DNA of 64,000 bases from an uncultured delta proteobacterium (GCA_963752595.1 CAVVYZ010000017.1:192001-256000), one strand, 5' to 3'; shown: positions 32,656-47,776, numbered from the stretch's first letter. Translations and numbers: made by a program. The notes: a model not told the origin generated them from the sequence alone.

Positions 32656-33678
32656 TCATGAATCCACGAACACTCCCGGAATCTCCCGACCGCAAGTAGA
32701 ACAGCGGCCATGCTCCATGTGCATCTCCATTATTCCGGTACCATACTGTCTTTTCAAGACGGTCTTCCGGCAGTTCGGGCAGGTGATGTCCATGGATTCA
32801 CCCGGAATGTTGCCGGTATAGACAAAGAGAAGCCCTTGGGCTTTGCCGATTTCATAGGCTTCGAGCATCTTCTCAAGCGGGGTGGACCCGGTGCCGGTTG
32901 CCTTGTATGAGGGGAAGAACCTGCTTATATGCCAGGGAATAGCAGGGTCGATACGTGCGATGAATGAGGCGATATCCGTAAGCTCCTCCCGGCTGTCATT
33001 GGAGCCAGGGACGATGAGTGTGGTAATCTCGATCCAGATATCGCTTTCCCCCACCATCCGGATCATATCGAGAACAGGCTGCAGCCGGGCTTTGCATGTG
33101 CTCCGGTAGAATTTATCACGAAAAGATTTGAGGTCGATATTGCAGGCATCGAGATGTGGATGGATAACCTCCAGGGCTTCCTGTGTCATATATCCGTTGG
33201 ATACGAAGATATTATATAAGCCGTTTTCATGTGCCATTCGTGCGGTATCGAAGGCATACTCGAAGAAGATCGTCGGCTCGGTATAGGTATAGGAAATGCT
33301 TTTGCACTCCAAGGCCTTGGTATTCTCGATAATCTCTTCAGGGCTGAGCCTGAAAACAGGCACCTGATCTCCTTTTTCCTTTGAGACTTGGGAAATTCTC
33401 CAGTTCTGGCAGAAGTCGCAACGGAAATTGCAGCCGAAAGCTGCTATGGAAAAGGTGTTCGTACCCGGGAGAAAGTGGTAGAGGGGTTTCTTCTCCACCG
33501 GGTCGACGTTTGCGGCAACCGCTTCGCCGTAGACATAGGTATACAGAATCCCTGCCTGATTTTGGCGAACCCCGCAAACGCCATACCTCTGGTCTGCGAT
33601 CCTGCACCGATGGCTGCACAGGCAGCAGTCGACCTTTTCCCCCTCATCCCGGGTATACAGCATTGCCTCGTGGAGCAT
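32656..33678 (-). CDS. amrS: AmmeMemoRadiSam system radical SAM enzyme
   Basis: C.LC.H.C, DPVEKKPLYHFLPG, GCNFRCDFCQNW.ISQ, YTYTEPTIFFE, PWHISRFFP. Confidence 0.92.
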   Translation of the reverse strand: MLHEAMLYTRDEGEKVDCCLCSHRCRIADQRYGVCGVRQNQAGILYTYVYGEAVAANVDPVEKKPLYHFLPGTNTFSIAAFGCNFRCDFCQNWRISQVSKEKGDQVPVFRLSPEEIIENTKALECKSISYTYTEPTIFFEYAFDTARMAHENGLYNIFVSNGYMTQEALEVIHPHLDACNIDLKSFRDKFYRSTCKARLQPVLDMIRMVGESDIWIEITTLIVPGSNDSREELTDIASFIARIDPAIPWHISRFFPSYKATGTGSTPLEKMLEAYEIGKAQGLLFVYTGNIPGESMDITCPNCRKTVLKRQYGTGIMEMHMEHGRCSTCGREIPGVFVDS

Positions 33679-33829
33679 TGCCTGTCTCCTTTACTTCCCC
33701 AAGGGAGTACATGAGCCCTTTGATTAATAATAAGGGGACAGATCCACTTTCCCATTTCCCAATATTTTCAGATAGTAGAGGGGTATACCGATTCGCGGCT
33801 ATTCGGCCCGGGGGCTGCAGAAAGAACTT

Positions 33830-34423
33830 TTAGAGTGCCACGAGGATGGCGGAGGACGGGATAACGCCTTCCCTGACGATGACTGGCGGCCAGGTGGTAA
33901 GGTCAATAAGTGTCGAGGGTTTCCCTCCCGGTGTCTGCCCGCCATCGAGGATTGCATCGATATCGAGGTTTCCGGCAGCGATTTCTTCCGGCGTGGTTGC
34001 AGGAGCTGTCCCTGAAGGGTTGGCAGAGGTTGAGGTAATGGGGCCGGCTGCCCTCGTGAGTGCAAGGGCCAGGGGATGGGGAGAAATGCGTAAGCCGACC
34101 TTTCCTCCCGGGGCAATGAGCGGATCGATTGTCTCTCTTGCCGGGAGCAGTGCGCTCAAGGGGCCGGGCCAGAAACGCCCCAGGAACTCTTTCTGCCGTT
34201 CATCAATCCCGGCTATGGCACATGCAGATTCCACATCGGGAACGAGCACGATCATGCCCTTGGAAGCATCCCTTCTCTTGGCGTTCACGATCCGCAGCAC
34301 CCCGTCGTGATCATCGATGCGTGATCCCAGGCCGTAGAAGGTTTCCGTTGGGTAGGCGACAACCGAACCGTGCCTGTGAATAAGGATGGATGCTATTTCG
34401 GATGCATCAGGGGTGATATGCAT
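33830..34423 (-). CDS. tsaC: L-threonylcarbamoyladenylate synthase (Sua5/YrdC)
   Basis: YPTETFYGLG, FWPGPL, TSTSANPSG, PSTLID. Confidence 0.9.
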   Translation of the reverse strand: MHITPDASEIASILIHRHGSVVAYPTETFYGLGSRIDDHDGVLRIVNAKRRDASKGMIVLVPDVESACAIAGIDERQKEFLGRFWPGPLSALLPARETIDPLIAPGGKVGLRISPHPLALALTRAAGPITSTSANPSGTAPATTPEEIAAGNLDIDAILDGGQTPGGKPSTLIDLTTWPPVIVREGVIPSSAILVAL

Positions 34424-34425
34424 CT

Positions 34426-34914
34426 TTAGAGCTTCTTGATACTCTCGTCCGCTTCCAGTACGGTCTTCTTCATGTCCTTCCGGTACATGATGAGCTTCTC
34501 CTGAAGGCCGGGCTGGGCAAGCGAGAGAATTTCCACTGCCAAGAGGCCTGCATTTTTTGCACCGGCCTTGCCGATCCCCATGGTTGCAACAGGGATTCCT
34601 GGAGGCATCTGGACCATCGAGAGCAGGGCATCCATGCCGTTTAAAGATGAAGAATCGATGGGAACGGCAATGACCGGCAGTGTGGTATGCGCAGCGATCA
34701 CACCTGCCAGGTGGGCCGACATGCCTGCGCCTGCTATGAGGAGGGAGAAGCCGTCATCGTGCGCGGTTCTGCTGAAATCCGCAACCTCGTCCGGCGTCCG
34801 ATGGGCCGAGAGGATCCGCATTTCAAATGGTATGCCGAACTGGCGCAAAATAGCGGAGCACTCTTCCATGACCGGGAGGTCCGATTTGCTTCCCATGAGA
34901 ATGGCTACTTTCAT
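34426..34914 (-). CDS. purE: N5-CAIR mutase
   Basis: ILMGSKSD, SAHRTP, AGAGMSAHLAG, VQMPPGIPVAT. Confidence 0.96.
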   Translation of the reverse strand: MKVAILMGSKSDLPVMEECSAILRQFGIPFEMRILSAHRTPDEVADFSRTAHDDGFSLLIAGAGMSAHLAGVIAAHTTLPVIAVPIDSSSLNGMDALLSMVQMPPGIPVATMGIGKAGAKNAGLLAVEILSLAQPGLQEKLIMYRKDMKKTVLEADESIKKL

Positions 34915-34923
34915 GCCAACCTC

Positions 34924-36197
<1,274 letters not shown>

Positions 36198-36209
36198 GGG
36201 AGCTCTCCC

Positions 36210-37785
36210 CTAGTGCCTGAAGTGGCGCATACCGGTAAAGATCATGGCCATATCTGTGCTCGTTCGCTGCATCGATGACTTCCTGGTCCCTCACCGAGCC
36301 TCCCGGCTGGACAACCGCAGTAGCTCCTGCCTTGGCAGCCTCGTCGATGCCGTCCCTGAACGGGAAGAACGCATCGGAGGCAACCACGGAGCCTTTCGTG
36401 GAAAGGCCTGCATTGGCGGCCTTTATCGATGGCGAGCGCGAGGAGTCCACCCTGCTCATCTGTCCGGCACCGACGCCGATGAGCTGATCTTTGGTGGCAT
36501 AGATGACGGCATTCGATTTGACGTATTTCACGATCTTCCAGGCGAATTTCAGGGCCTCCATCTCTTCAGCGGTGGGTGCGCGCTTGGTGACCACCTGTGC
36601 CTTTTCCAGATCGATGTCTCCCAGGTCGCGGTCCTGCAGCAGAAGGCCACCGGTAACCCTGCGGATGAATCAGTCTGTTTTTTGCTGACCCCCTTGCGTA
36701 ATGTCGGGAACCTTCAGAAGCCGGATATTTTTCTTCTGGCGTCGAGGATGGCCAGAGCTTCCTTTGTATAGTCGGGTGCAATGACCACCTCGGTGAACAC
36801 ATCGCCGATAGCCCTGGCAGTATCGGCATCCACGGTCCTGTTCAGGCCCACGATACCGCCGAAGGCGGAGACTGTATCCACGGAAATGCATTTTTGTATG
36901 CATCTGCGAGCGATTTCTCCGACTGGGCGGCGCCGCAGGGATTGCGAATGCTTCAGGATCACGCATGCCGGATTATCGAATTCCATGATGAGATCGAGTG
37001 CGGCGTCGGCGTCCATGATGTTGTTGTACGAGAGCTCCTTTCCCCAGAGCTGTTCCGCATTGGAAATGGAAGGCTGGTCACGGACGTTCGCTGTAGAAGG
37101 CTGCCTTCTGGTGCGGGTTCTCTCCATAGCGCATGATCTGCCTGCGCTTGTACTGCACCGTATAGGTCAGCGGGAAACTGCCCTTCCTCCACATCGATGC
37201 CCTGAAGGTAATTGGATATGGCCGCATCATAGCGGGCGGTCAGCGAGAAGGCGTTCCGTGGCAAGCTCGAAATTGGTCTTCTCGCTGACGGAGCCGCCGG
37301 TGCTCTTCATCTCTTCGATGATGCTTCGCATAGTCGGCCAGGATCGGTGACCACGGACACATATTTATAATTTTTCGATGCTGCCCGTCACCATGGCAGG
37401 CCCGCCGATATCGATATTCTCGATGGCGTGTTCCAGCGATGCGCCTTTGGCAACCGTCTCCTCGAAGCGGTACAGGTTGACCACGAGCATGTCGATGGGC
37501 TTGATGCCCTGCTTTTTCATGGACTCAACATGCTCGGCATTATCTCTGATGGCGAGCATGCCGCCATGGACCTTGGGATGCAGGGTCTTCAGCCTGCCGT
37601 CCATCATTTCCGGGAACCCGGTAAAGTCGGAGATGTCGACGACCTTGATGCCGTTTTCCTGCAAGACCTTGGCTGTTCCGCCGGTGGAGATGATTTCAAC
37701 GCCGAATGATGCAAGTTCCTTAACAAAATCGGCGAGTCCCCCCTTATCGGTAACACTGATCAATGCCCTGTCCAATTTTCGGCAT
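36210..37785 (-). CDS. purH: AICAR transformylase/IMP cyclohydrolase (multiple frameshifts)
   Basis: [79 protein letters not shown]. Confidence 0.92.
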
Positions 37786-37967
37786 AATTGCTCCTTTCGC
37801 AGATGTATTCAAAAAGAGAATAACAGGCGGTTAATGAAGAATTAATTGTTACTCGCCCCGTTAAACCCCACTCTTTGCATATAATACCAGGTAAGGAACG
37901 GGACTATCCTCTCAAAAAGCCCCGATATCAAGATAGCCGATGTGTCTCAACGTGGTTCTTCACCTCT

Positions 37968-38429
37968 TCACCGGAAATATCGCCCGAGATCATCCCGTCC
38001 CTCAGGCGGGTGATCCTGTAAAAGAGCCTGTCTCTCATGGATGCGTCTTCGACACAGTGCGGATACGTACCGGCTCATTTCAGCAAAAAGGCTCTCCATA
38101 TCCATGAGGCCCGGCGTGCTGGTGCTCTCGGACTCCAGTTCATCGATCAGGGAAGAAAGGAACGATCTGGCATCCTCCAGACCCAGCCTGTACGTCTCTT
38201 CAACGACGATCTCCCCAAATCTTCCAGGAACGAGGTAGTAAAATTCGATGGCATGGAATTCCTGAACATAGGGATGTTCATCGCCCAGGATCTTGGCAAG
38301 GATGGAATCGGCCCTTTCCTTCCAATCAAGGCTTGGCTCCTTTTCGAGAGGGTCCATCAGCAGACCGTTCACTTCTTCGAACAGGTCCTTGATAAGGACT
38401 ATATATTTGCTGATGCTGCGATTCATTTT
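37968..38429 (-). CDS. hypothetical protein (3' end likely frameshifted)
   Basis: ORF with a protein-like acidic helical sequence; the C-terminus degenerates within the error-rich region. Start approximate. Confidence 0.5.
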   Translation of the reverse strand, partial: KMNRSISKYIVLIKDLFEEVNGLLMDPLEKEPSLDWKERADSILAKILGDEHPYVQEFHAIEFYYLVPGRFGEIVVEETYRLGLEDARSFLSSLIDELESESTSTPGLMDMESLFAEMSRYVSALCRRRIHERQALLQDHPPEGRDDLGRYFR

Positions 38430-38507
38430 CATGATGCTATCATACACACCGAGACGGGATACGGTCAAGCCTGTTCATTGGGTTCGATTCATGATACTAT
38501 AACTTTT

Positions 38508-39218
38508 ATGTGCCATGAAAATATCGAGTATTTACTCAGAGACAAAGACGTGCTGAAGGAACATATCAGGAGTATTTTGAGCTCGCGCCGGAGGAAGGTG
38601 ATTCCCAGGGGAGACTTGAGGGAGTCGGCAGTCCTCCTTCCCCTTTCCTGGGAAGGAGACGAGCCGTCGATTCTCGTTACCAAGCGATCCATGACCGTCG
38701 AGCATCATAAGGGGGAAATATCCTTTCCTGGAGGAAGGGCGGAGGAAATCGACAAGGACCTCATTTTCACCGCACTGCGGGAGGCGGAAGAGGAGATCGG
38801 GCTTCAACCGGATGACGTAGAGATCCTGGGCCTTCTGGATGACCATATCTCCATTGTCGGGTTCCATATCACCCCCGTGGTCGGCGCCGTCCCCAACCCC
38901 TATACTTACACGATCAACTCGGAATCCGAGGTTCTGCTGTGCATTCCCCTCTCGGCAGCCTTGAGCGATACGGCATGGATGGCCGAGAAGACAACCTTCA
39001 TGGGCAGAGAGATTCATATTTATTATCTGGAAATCGATGGGGGTGTCGTCTGGGGAGCGACCGGCAGGATGATCAAGCACTTTGCAGACCTCATAGCAGG
39101 AAAGACCATGCCCTTCTCGGCCGTATCGCAGAAGGCAAAATCCTGGGTGCGGGATCTCCTGGTGCAGCAGGCAGGATACAGCAAGGAGTCAGAGTTCAGG
39201 AATCAGGGCTCAGAGTAA
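38508..39218 (+). CDS. Nudix CoA pyrophosphatase (NudL/PCD1 family)
   Basis: ESAVLLP, TKRS..HKGEISFPGG, Nudix box TALREAEEEIG, VWGATG. The real start is downstream of the ORF-track start. Confidence 0.88.
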   Translation: MCHENIEYLLRDKDVLKEHIRSILSSRRRKVIPRGDLRESAVLLPLSWEGDEPSILVTKRSMTVEHHKGEISFPGGRAEEIDKDLIFTALREAEEEIGLQPDDVEILGLLDDHISIVGFHITPVVGAVPNPYTYTINSESEVLLCIPLSAALSDTAWMAEKTTFMGREIHIYYLEIDGGVVWGATGRMIKHFADLIAGKTMPFSAVSQKAKSWVRDLLVQQAGYSKESEFRNQGSE

Positions 39219-39518
39219 GTAGGGCGGCGTGACATCGGAATGCTGGGGCGGCCCATGCTGCAATGGGTATTTTTTGTTTCCGGGAGAAGACACGCTTTTC
39301 TTGACGAAGAGATGCCGCTCAAGAGCTTATATTTAGTGATATCAAACAATTCCTTAAGTGATACTCTATTATTCCGATGAAGATGTGTATGGAGAGGCGC
39401 TGGGATACGCGATAGGCCGGATTCCTTGGAGGGCTAACCGCTTTGAAGAGCGTCATCTATAAAGAGAAGAGAGCCGCGCAAGGCTGGTTCTCCGGTATCT
39501 CCGGCATCTCCATGATTT

Positions 39519-40412
39519 TCACCTCGCTATGGATCTTCCGGTCAGAATCTCATAAGCCGCCAGATATTTCTGAGATGTCTTCTGAATGACCTCTTCGGGC
39601 AGTTTCGGGCCCGGGAGCTGTCTTGTTCCAGGCAAGGGTTTCCAGATAGTCTCTCACGAACTGTTTGTCGAAGCTGGGCTGAGGTCCGCCCGGCTTATAG
39701 ACGTCCTTGGGCCAGAAACTTGAAGAGTCAGGAGTCAGGGCTTCATCTATGAATATCAGCTCGCCATCCATGATCCCGAATTCGAACTTCGTATCTGCAA
39801 TGATGATACCCTTCTTCAGTGCGTGTTCGGATGCCATCTTATAGATGGCGAGCGAGATGTCCCGGACCTCTTCATGAGGCTTTCCCCCACGAGATCTTTT
39901 GCCTGTCTCGAAGCTGATGTTTTCATCATGCTGCCCCTGCTCGGCCTTGGTGGACGGTGTAAAGATAGGCTCCGGAAGCTTGTCCGATTCCTTCATGCCC
40001 TTAGGAAGCCTATCCCGGAGATGGAGCCGCTGCTTTGATATTCCTTCCATCCCGAGCCCGAGATATAGCCTCGCACGATACATTCGACCGGCAGCGGCTT
40101 TGACTTTTTACCAGCATGGACCTTCCCTTGAGCCGCGCATCTCCTTTGAAGGGATCAGGATATTTATTCACGTCCGAGCGTCAGACATGATTCTCGATGA
40201 GGTGGAGGCCTATCCTGAACCAGAAGAGAGAGATCTGATTCAATACATGACCCTTTGCCGGGATAGGATCGGGCAGGACGACATCGAAGGCCGAGATGCT
40301 GATCTGTGGTCACAATCAGGAGATGGTCCTTGTCTGCCTCGAATATTTCCCGTACTTTTCCGCTGCCGATTTATTTTACTGCCGGGGATCGTATAATCGA
40401 CAAGGTTTCCAT
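39519..40412 (-). CDS. purC: SAICAR synthase (multiple frameshifts)
   Basis: [59 protein letters not shown] before ATG 40412. Confidence 0.9.
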
Positions 40413-40639
40413 AACTCCTCCTCTGTGGAAAAGTAAGGCGGATAAGATGCCAAAAAAGTATTGAAAAAGTCAATAGCCTAGTATAAATTGTGCTGCCCTT
40501 ATAGGGGAGAAAGCTCGAAGAGCATCTTTAATGCCTGACAGTAGGAAGGCTTGCGGGATGAAAGCCGATGCATAATGTCCTTGAGTTTTCTGTTACGGAT
40601 GAATAATACAGTGGTGAATTCACAAGCAACGAGGCAGCA

Positions 40640-42038
40640 ATGTCAGAGATTTCTGAAGGGAATATGCCCGAAGTTCGGAGCGGGCTGGTTTTGCGTGCAT
40701 CAGGTGCGGGCGGCGCTACGATATCTATGATTTCATCTATACCTGTCCTGCTTGCAGATCCCTTCTGAAGATAGAGAATACCTTAAGCTTTGAGAGTACA
40801 AGGATGTTTCCCCTGAAACCTGGAAAGAGACCTTTGATGCCAGGAAGAAACTCGAGCGTTCTGGAACTTTCAGGGCATTTTCCGCTTCCACGAATTGATA
40901 CTGCCCTTTATTCCCGTCTACGGATATCATCTATCTGGGAGAAGGGCAGACTCCGATCGTCAGGGCGAATCCCGAGCTGAGCGAGTGGGTGGGGGCCCCC
41001 TTCCTATGTCAAGAATGACGGCCTCAACCCGTCGGCGAGCTTCAAGGACAGGGGCATGGCGTCTGCCATCAGTTATCCTGAACCATGTCATCCGGGTGAA
41101 AAACCTGGACAATGTTCTCGGCATCTGTGCCTCCACCGGTGATACCTCGGCGGCGGCAGCACTGTACCTGAGCTATCTGCCCAAATCCAAGGTCTCGGCA
41201 GTGGTATTGCTTCCCAAGGGCAAGGTGACCAACCAGCAGCTTTCCCAGCCGCTCGGCTCCGGCGCCCGGGTGATCGAGATGCCGGGCGTCTTCGATGACT
41301 GTATGAGCGTGGTGGAGGAGTTGGCGCAGGATTATCATGTGTTCCTTCTGAATTCCAAGAATCCGGTTCGTATACTTGGGACAGAAATCATATGCCTATG
41401 AGATAGCCCAGCAGATGAGCTGGTCCACCGAAGACCTGGCCGTGATTGTGCCCATCGGGAATGCCGGCAACATCACCGCCGTCATGGAGGGGTTCATGGA
41501 CCTGTACGAGCTGGGCATCATAAAAAAGCTCCCGACTATACTCGGGCGTGCAGAGCCACCATGCCGACCCGGTTTCCCGCTGGCGGAAATCAGGAGAGTT
41601 TGCACCCATGAAGGTGAGCCCGTCCGTCGCGCAGGCTGCCATGATCGGGGATCCCGTCTCATTTCCCAAGGTCAGACAGCTGGTGGAAAGATACTATGAC
41701 GACCGGTTCTTCGTCATATCGGTAACGGAGAACGAGATCATGGAAGGGATGCTCAATGCCAACAGGCACGGCCATGTGGTATGCACCCAGGGAGGGGAAT
41801 CCATAGCGGGGCTGAAACGGGCTTTGAAGGAAGGATGATACCGGATACCGGGCAGTTCGTGGTGGACTCCACCTCGCATCAGCTGAAGTTCGCATCCTTC
41901 CAGCAGATGTATTTCGATGACGGATTTACCCCTGAATACGGCATCATGACGAGAAAGGAGCTTAAGAACAGCCCGATCACGCTTGAAGGCGGGGCATCGA
42001 CCATAGCCGGATTCCTTGGCCTGAAAAGAAAGAATTAA
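40640..42038 (+). CDS. thrC: threonine synthase (multiple frameshifts)
   Basis: YLGEG.TP, NPSASFKDRGM split across frames, CASTGDTSAA, QLSQPLGSG, LLNSKNPVRI, GQKSYAYE, VPIGNAGN. Confidence 0.85.
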
Positions 42039-42142
42039 CGCTGCAGAATATGAAAGAAGCGGTCCCGGGATAAACACAATGTCCGGATGTAATTGGATTT
42101 TATAAATGGTGAATAATTCAAGAACAATAGGAGGGTCAACGC

Positions 42143-43313
42143 ATGAGTGAACAGAAATTTTTTATTTTCTTCCGAGTCAGTAACGGAAGGGCATCCCGAC
42201 AAGGTAGCAGACAACATTTCCGATGCAATACTCGATGATATCATTGCCAATGACAAAAATGCTCATGTGGCATGCGAGACCATGGTTACAACAGGTCTTG
42301 ATAATCGTTTCCGGCGAGATAACCACCACCCATCATATCGATGTGCAGCGCATTGCCCGGCAGACGGTAAAAGAGATCGGTTATACCGAAGCGGTCATGG
42401 GATTCAGCTGGAATACCTGCGGGGTCATGGTGGCCCTCGACCGGCAGTCTCCCGATATCAATCAGGGCGTGCAGGAAGGCGAGGGGCTTTTCAAGGAGCA
42501 GGGGGCCGGCGACCAGGGCATGATGTTCGGGTTTGCCTGTGACGAGACCGATGTGCTCATGCCTGCGCCTATCTACTATGCGCATCACCTCACCAAAGCC
42601 CTGGCCGATACAAGGAAAAGCGGGGTTCTGGAATTCCTGAGACCCGACGGCAAATCACAGGTCAGCGTACAGTATGAGGATGGGAAGCCCAAGCGGATCG
42701 ACAATATCGTCATCGCATCGCAGCACGATGAAGATGTGACATACGACGCCGTCAAAGAAGGCATCATGGAAGAGGTCATCAAGAAGCAGATTCCCGCCTC
42801 CCTGCTGGATAAAAAAACCAAGTACTACATCAATGCCACCGGCCGGTTTCGTGCTCGGCGGGCCCCATGCCGACTGCGGGCTCACCGGCCGTAAGATCAT
42901 CGTGGATACCTACGGCGGATTCGCCAGCCATGGCGGCGGTGCATTTTCCGGCAAAGACCCGTCCAAGGTCGACCGCTCGGCAGCATACATGGCCCGCTAC
43001 GTGGCCAAGAACATCGTTGCGGCAGGGCTGGCCAATAAGTGCGTCGTTCAGCTTGCCTATGCCATCGGCGTTGCAGATCCTGTATCCGTCATGGTGGACA
43101 CCTACGGGACCGGCAAGATCTCTGATGAAAAGCTGGCAGACCTGGTGCGAGAGGTGTTCCCGCTGAAGCCGAAGGGCATCATAGACCAGCTCGATCTTCT
43201 GAGGCCCATCTTCAAGAAGACAGCGGCATATGGCCATTTCGGAAGGACACGAGCCTGAATTTTCCTGGGAAAAGACCGATAAGGTGGATATACTGAAGGA
43301 CAAGGCGGTGTGA
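42143..43313 (+). CDS. metK: S-adenosylmethionine synthetase (frameshifts)
   Basis: [72 protein letters not shown]. Confidence 0.94.
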
Positions 43314-43315
43314 TA

Positions 43316-44773
<1,458 letters not shown>

Positions 44774-44792
44774 GCAGGCGATCAAAAGAAAT

Positions 44793-44830
44793 AAAAGGCT
44801 GTCCTGCCGGCAGAAATGCCGGCGGCCTTT
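44793..44830. terminator. hairpin between convergent ahcY and hydrolase genes
   Basis: CCGGCA-GAAA-TGCCGG core flanked by AAAGGC/GCCTTT. Confidence 0.5.
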
Positions 44831-44840
44831 CTCTACATGC

Positions 44841-45692
44841 TTATCGATCTATTCGCCGGGCGTCGAGCCAGGTGCGGAGGTCTGCGAGAACTTTGCCCGG
44901 TCAGCCGGGAGCTCGTTATAGACCTCATGCTTGAGGCCCTCGTAGACTTCAGTGTCTTGTCCGTGGCGCCGATGGTTTCAAGCAGATCCTTCTGTCCGGA
45001 AAAGGCGGTATCTTCAGAACCGTGCAGGATGAGCACCGGACTGGTTATGCGCCCTGCATTCGCAGCCGCCGCTCAACAGTAAATTTGTTCATCTCATTCT
45101 GCCAGTCGCGGGGTAATGACGTTATAGACGAGCGGATCGTTTACATATGCCTTCACCACCTCCGGATCCCGGGAGATGAATTCCGGCGGCAGCGGTGATT
45201 TCACATGGATCTTCGGGAGGATATTGGCAAGTACCTTGGTGAGGGCGATGATGAACCTTGCTGATACGCCCGGCTGCCCGGCTGAGAGCCGGTGCCGGAG
45301 AGCACGATGGCCTTGATTCCCTCCGGGAACTGCTCGCATAATTGAGGGTGATAAGGCTGCCCATGGAATGCCCCACGAGTAAGTAGGGGACATCGGGCAA
45401 TGCCGGTTTGATCACCTCGAGTGCGAACTGTTTTTCATCATCGATATAATCCTGGAAGCTCTTCACATGTCCGCGCCTGCCGTCGCTTTTGCCATGGCCC
45501 CGGTGATCCGTTCCGAAGACGGCATAACCGGCCGGAAGCAGCTCATCCACAACGAATTCGCGTAGCGGTTGCGTGTTCCGCATAGCCATGGATGAGGTGG
45601 ATGACTGACTTGGTTTTTCCATCGGGAATCCAGGCCTTCCAGTAGATGGATAACCCGTCTTTGGCATTCAATTTTCCTTCACGAATATTCAT
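44841..45692 (-). CDS. alpha/beta hydrolase, lysophospholipase/monoglyceride lipase family (frameshifts)
   Basis: IHGYAEH, DHRGHGKSDG.RG, GHSMG nucleophile elbow, SRDPEVV.AY.NDPL, LILHGSED. Confidence 0.85.
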
Positions 45693-45829
45693 GAGATTCC
45701 TCCTTACCCACGCTTTGAAATTACAATTCAATCTGCAATAATAATCTTATTTATGGCATAAAACACTCGCTGAGGACAACCCGGTATTTTCCCTCGGAAT
45801 GCAAAAATGGAAAAGAAATAGAAGATCTA

Positions 45830-45875
45830 TTGACAGTGTTAGTCACAAAGTATATAAGAATGAATGCTCATTCAT
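45830..45875 (+). promoter_or_regulatory. sigma70 promoter with operator palindrome at the predicted start site
   Basis: TTGACA (45830-35), 17 bp spacer, TATAAG (45853-58), then ATGAATG-CT-CATTCAT (45860-75). Confidence 0.65.
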
Positions 45876-45923
45876 AGGTCAGGGCAATGCTAGTATAACG
45901 ACAATCTTGTAAGGAGGATATAT

Positions 45924-47752
45924 ATGGCAAGTCAATGGGTAGACGTGCGGGATCTTCAGTTCTTACTGCACGAAGTCTTCAAGATCGGCGATGAGATCCT
46001 TGGTAAGGGCAAATTCGCAGGACCACGATGCCGACATGGTGAACATGGTTCTGGAGCAGGCAGCAAAATTCACAGAGAACGAAATCGCACCCACGTATCC
46101 TGATGAAGTCCAGAGAAAGCCTGTCGAGGCAGTCTTCAAGGACGGCAAGGTATATCGCACCCGAGTCATACCACAAGCTCTGGAAGCTGTATGCAGAAGG
46201 CGGCTGGTTCGGTGTTTCCGATAGTCCGGAAGTGGGCGGCCAGGGTTTCCCTGCCACCATCGCTGCTGCATGCGCGCAGATGTTCCTCGCCGGCAACCAG
46301 GCATTCCTCATGTACCCCGGTCTTACCCACGGCGCAGCCAGACTCATTGAAGACTTTTTCCAGCATCCCTCTGAGGGATATCATCCTTGAGAACATGTTC
46401 AATGGAACATGGGCAGGCACCATGTGTCTGACCGAGCCGGGCGCCGGTTCCGACGTGGGCGCTCTGAAGTCAACGGCAAAGAAGAACGCCGACGGCTCCT
46501 ATTCCATCACCGGTACCAAGTGCTTCATCTCTGCAGGCGACCATGACCTTGCCGAAAACATCATTCACCCGGTACTTGCCAGGATCGAAGGCGACCCGGC
46601 CGGAACAAAGGGCATCTCCATTTTCGTGGTCCCCAAGGTCATGATCAACCCGGACGGCACCATCTGCGGCGAGCCCAATGATATGAACTGCGGCGGCATC
46701 GAGAGCAAGATGGGTATCCACGGCAACGCAACCTGTACGCTCAATTTCGGCGAGAACGGCAAGTGCATCGGCTGGCTCATGGGCGAAGAGCGCCAAGGCA
46801 TGCAGATCATGTTCCACATGATGAACGAAGAGCGCCAGGGCGTGGGCATGATGGGTGTCGCCCTGTCCACCGCCGCTTATCTCCATGCACTGTCCTATGC
46901 AAAGGAAAGGCTCCAGGGCGCCAACATCATGCAGATGAAAAACCCCGATGCCAAGCAGTGCACCGATCATCCAGCATCCGGACGTCCGCAGGATGCTGCT
47001 CAAGATGAAGTCCATGACCGAAGGCATCAGGGCCTTGGCATTCTACTGCTACTTTGCCATGGACAAAAGGCGGCGGCAACCGACGAAGCCGAGAAGGACA
47101 AGTGGCAGGGCATGATCGAGATGTTCACCCCGATCGTGAAATCCTACTGCACCGACATGGGCGACGTGGTCACCAAGCTGGCCGTCCAGACCTACGGCGG
47201 CTACGGCTTCTGCCGAGAGTACCCGGTTGAGCAGATGGCCCGCGACAACAAGATCAACACGATCTATGAAGGCACCAACGGCATCCAGGCACTGGACCTC
47301 CTGGGCAGCAAGCTCGGCATGAAGAAGGGCATGTACTTCATGACACTGCTCGGCGAAACCCAGGCAGAGATCGCTAAGGCAAAGAACAGCGACAACTTCA
47401 AGGAAGAGGCCGTCATCGTGGAGAAGGCACTGAACAAGTGCGCAGAGGCTGCAATGACCTTCAGCGCACTCATCAGGACCAACCCCTTCATCCCGCTCAT
47501 CGCCGCATACGATTACCTCAACTGCCTGTCCGAGGCACTGGTCGGCTGGTTCCATATCTGGATGGCCAATGTTGCCACCGAGGCACTCAAGACCGCTACC
47601 CTCGATCAGGAAAAGGCATTTTACACCGGCAAGATCGAAGGCGCCAAATTCTATATCAACCGCACCACGGCCCTCGTTCCTGCAAAGTGCGAAGTTCTCG
47701 TGAAAGACGAGATCAGCGCATGAGGATTCCCGAAGAGGCATTCGCAGTCTAA
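45924..47752 (+). CDS. long-chain acyl-CoA dehydrogenase (frameshifts)
   Basis: GTMCLTEPGAGSDVG, GTKCFIS.GDHDL.ENIIH.VLAR, KMGIHGNATC, VQTYGGYG, IYEGTNGIQALDL. RBS AAGGAGG. Confidence 0.92.
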
Positions 47753-47776
47753 GGAAAGTTTTTTTAGAAAATAACG

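Noticed and set aside
32656-33678. amrS as part of the adjacent regulatory island
   Set aside because: It is a widespread gene continuing the housekeeping pur/tsaC block, and no amrA/amrB partners or island motifs are nearby.
38037-38507. N-terminal extension of the Nudix ORF
   Set aside because: It overlaps an opposite-strand ORF, and Nudix homology starts only after ~38550.
42039-42142. SAM riboswitch upstream of metK
   Set aside because: The gap is short and AT-rich with no recognisable SAM-I/II core.
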